Below, in pieces: positions 61,923 to 64,000 of a stretch of DNA of 64,000 nucleotides. Within the stretch, counting starts at the first letter, position 1. Each line of letters begins with the position of its first letter. Source of the stretch: Trueperaceae bacterium (lineage in GTDB: Bacteria; Deinococcota; Deinococci; Deinococcales; Trueperaceae); contig OZ243913.1 of assembly GCA_965213705.1 (NCBI GenBank), forward strand, positions 1,760,001-1,824,000, read 5' to 3'. The translations under genes and the position numbers were made by a program. Under the pieces are notes generated by a model. It was given only the letters and a program-made list of their open reading frames with translations, was not told the origin of the DNA and ran no database searches.

Positions 61923-62906
61923 ATCAAATACCTTAAATACTTTCTTCACGTCGCCGTGTTGGTGGGCGTCGGGCTCGCCGCGGCGCGCTACCTGAACGGC
62001 GAGGAAGTTCTCACCGCCCTCGGAAATTTTGACTATGTCTACGCGCCCTTCGCCCTGTTGTTGTCGGCGACCTACCTGGGTCTCAAAAGCTGGCGCTTCG
62101 TGCTGCTCATGCGGCCCCTGAGTAAAGTGGCGGCCAACCCGATTTTCCGGGGCTACGTGGCCGGTCAAGCGGCGACGCTGCTACCCGGCGGGGTGGCGGC
62201 GCGCGCCGGGTTGATGCGTCAGCTCGGGATTCCGCTGGCCGTGAGCAGCGCGCCGGTCTTGTTCTCGAGCCTGCTCGACCAAGTCGTTTTTATCCTTTGT
62301 TCACTGGTTGCCGCGCTGTGGTTTGAGGCGGCGCGGACGCCCGCCCTCATTCTGGTCGGTGTTTTGGCGGTTTTGGTGCTGGTCTTTCTAGTTCCCGCCA
62401 GTCGCCGTGGGTTGGCGAGGGTGGCGGGTTGGCTCGCCGAGCGCTTCGGGGTGCGTGCGCACTGGCAGAACTTTTTAACGGCGGTCGGTGAGCTGGCGAC
62501 CTGGCGCGTCATGGGGTTGACGCTTCTCGTCACGGTCCTCGCCTTCGCCCTAAAAGTCGTCACGCTCGACCTGTGTTTGCGGGGCGTCGGGGCGGCGCTG
62601 CCTTACCCGACGCTCTTTCTCGCCTATATCTTGCCGACGATGCTGGGGCGGCTGTCGGCCCTGCCGGCGGGCGGGATAGGCGTGACCGAGGCGGGCATGG
62701 TCGGCTTTTTGGCCTCGACTTCGGGGCTTGACCCGGATACGGCGACGGCGGCGGTGGCGGTGTTCCGCATCGCGACCGTCCTGTTTGCAGCGTTGCTCGG
62801 CGCGCTCGTTTACAGTTTCGCCTGGCGCGGCGAGAACGAGCCGCAGGCGCAGCCCCTCAGCGAGGCGGACGTCCCCGCGTCGGGTCGTCGGGCCGAGTCT
62901 CGGTAG
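61923..62906 (+). CDS. Lysylphosphatidylglycerol synthase TM / UPF0104 flippase-like protein
   Basis: LLPGG, PAGGIGVTEAGM, VFRIAT; start uncertain (ATC 61923 or GTG 61956). Confidence 0.82.
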   Translation: MKYLKYFLHVAVLVGVGLAAARYLNGEEVLTALGNFDYVYAPFALLLSATYLGLKSWRFVLLMRPLSKVAANPIFRGYVAGQAATLLPGGVAARAGLMRQLGIPLAVSSAPVLFSSLLDQVVFILCSLVAALWFEAARTPALILVGVLAVLVLVFLVPASRRGLARVAGWLAERFGVRAHWQNFLTAVGELATWRVMGLTLLVTVLAFALKVVTLDLCLRGVGAALPYPTLFLAYILPTMLGRLSALPAGGIGVTEAGMVGFLASTSGLDPDTATAAVAVFRIATVLFAALLGALVYSFAWRGENEPQAQPLSEADVPASGRRAESR

Positions 62907-63048
62907 CAACGGCCAAGAGCGCGAGCGCCAGGCCGCTGAAGTAAGCGGTCAAAACGAGCAGGTCGCAATGAGCGTGCCACAGCAACGAACCCAGAAAGAC
63001 CGCGCTGAGCGTCAGCGCGGCAGCGACCTGAGTACGCGGCGCGTCCAC
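62857..63048 (-). CDS. Small two-TM hypothetical protein
   Basis: Two hydrophobic stretches; TAGCTT about 6 nt upstream of GTG (leaderless pattern). Confidence 0.4.
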   Translation of the reverse strand: MDAPRTQVAAALTLSAVFLGSLLWHAHCDLLVLTAYFSGLALALLAVATETRPDDPTRGRPPR

Positions 63049-63128
63049 CGATTCAAGCTAAACTGCAAACGTCACGGCGGCGTCAGCCCGCCAAGGTTGC
63101 AAGCCGACCGGCGCGATTTGGAGGCGGC

Positions 63129-64000
63129 GTGTCACAAAAAATCGTTTCGTTGGGCGAAGTCCTGGTCGAGGTCATGCGACCCGAGCGCGGCCAGCCGCTG
63201 AACCGGCCCGGAACGTTTCGCGGCCCCTTCGCAAGCGGCGCGCCGCTGATTTTCGCCGCCGCCGCCGGGCGGCTCGGAGCCGAAACCCGGTTCGCGGGCG
63301 TGCGCGGTGACGACGCTTTCGGCGACTTGTGCGAACACCACCTGCAAGCCTGCGGCGTGACCCCGCACCTCCGCGTTGCCGGTACCCACGCGACCGGCGT
63401 CGCCTTTGTGGCCTACCAAAACGACGGCGACCGCGACTTTTTGTTTCACCTGCAGGCTTCGGCCGCAGCTTTGTTGGAGCCGGGCGACGTCACCGACGAG
63501 CTGGTTGCGGACGCCGCCTGGCTGCACGTCACCGGCTCCACCCTGGCCGTGTCGGCGTCGGCGCGTGCAGCTTGTGAACAAGCCGCCCAAAAGGCAAAAG
63601 CTCGAGGCGCGACCGTCTCCTTCGACCCCAACTTGCGTCCCCAACTTATGAACCCGACCGAAGTTCGGCGAGTTTGCGGCCCGGTGTTGGCGGCGGCCGA
63701 CGTGGTACTGCCGAGCGGGTCAGAGGCCGCGCTGCTCCTCGGGCTGGACGACGCGCGTCGGGCCTGCCGGGACTTGGCAGACAGGGGAAAAATCGTCGTG
63801 TTTAAGGACGGCGAACGCGGCTGCACGCTGTTCGAGGGCGAAAGTGAAACTCAGGTTGCCAGTATCCAAGTCGACGAGCGCGACCCCACCGGGGCGGGCG
63901 ACGCTTTCGCGGCGGGCCTGGCGGTGGCCCGCTTGCAAGGTAGAGGTTGGGCGGACGCCGCGCGCTTCGCCAACGTCGTCGGCGCGCTGTCCACCAGCCA
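63129..64000 (+). CDS. PfkB-family sugar kinase, runs off the window
   Basis: Hand translation: VSLGEVLVE...SGAP...GDDAFG...SFDPNLR...DPTGAGDAF. Confidence 0.9.
   Translation, partial: MSQKIVSLGEVLVEVMRPERGQPLNRPGTFRGPFASGAPLIFAAAAGRLGAETRFAGVRGDDAFGDLCEHHLQACGVTPHLRVAGTHATGVAFVAYQNDGDRDFLFHLQASAAALLEPGDVTDELVADAAWLHVTGSTLAVSASARAACEQAAQKAKARGATVSFDPNLRPQLMNPTEVRRVCGPVLAAADVVLPSGSEAALLLGLDDARRACRDLADRGKIVVFKDGERGCTLFEGESETQVASIQVDERDPTGAGDAFAAGLAVARLQGRGWADAARFANVVGALSTS

Overview
A GC-rich (~60-65% by eye) bacterial chromosomal window, most consistent with Deinococcota (Trueperaceae-like). That call rests on many leaderless-looking genes (TANNNT about 6 nt before the start), very frequent CTCGAG, and gene content. 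Most of it is housekeeping and metabolic: peptide and sugar ABC transporters, ftsK, rpmB, holA, recX, coaD, acpS, rpiA, bcp, maf, mreC and ppgK. Accessory patches include two tandem type IV pilins surrounded by three toxin-antitoxin pairs, an IS4-family element in tandem with a cognate MITE, a PIN TA cassette flanked by a duplicated ftsK 3' end, an orphan immunity-like gene and several pseudogenes. The best candidates for undescribed biology are: (1) an ECF sigma/anti-sigma pair with a secreted Met-rich CHRD + 8 EF-hand protein sharing a promoter motif; (2) a GGDEF-ribbon-helix-helix fusion with a palindromic operator; (3) a long structured 5' leader upstream of a GNAT/amine oxidase pair; (4) uORFs upstream of a RIO kinase; (5) the alternative ftsK C-terminus; (6) a divergent catabolic cluster of unknown substrate. 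No rRNA, tRNA or CRISPR array was found. All calls come from reading the sequence; no searches were run.
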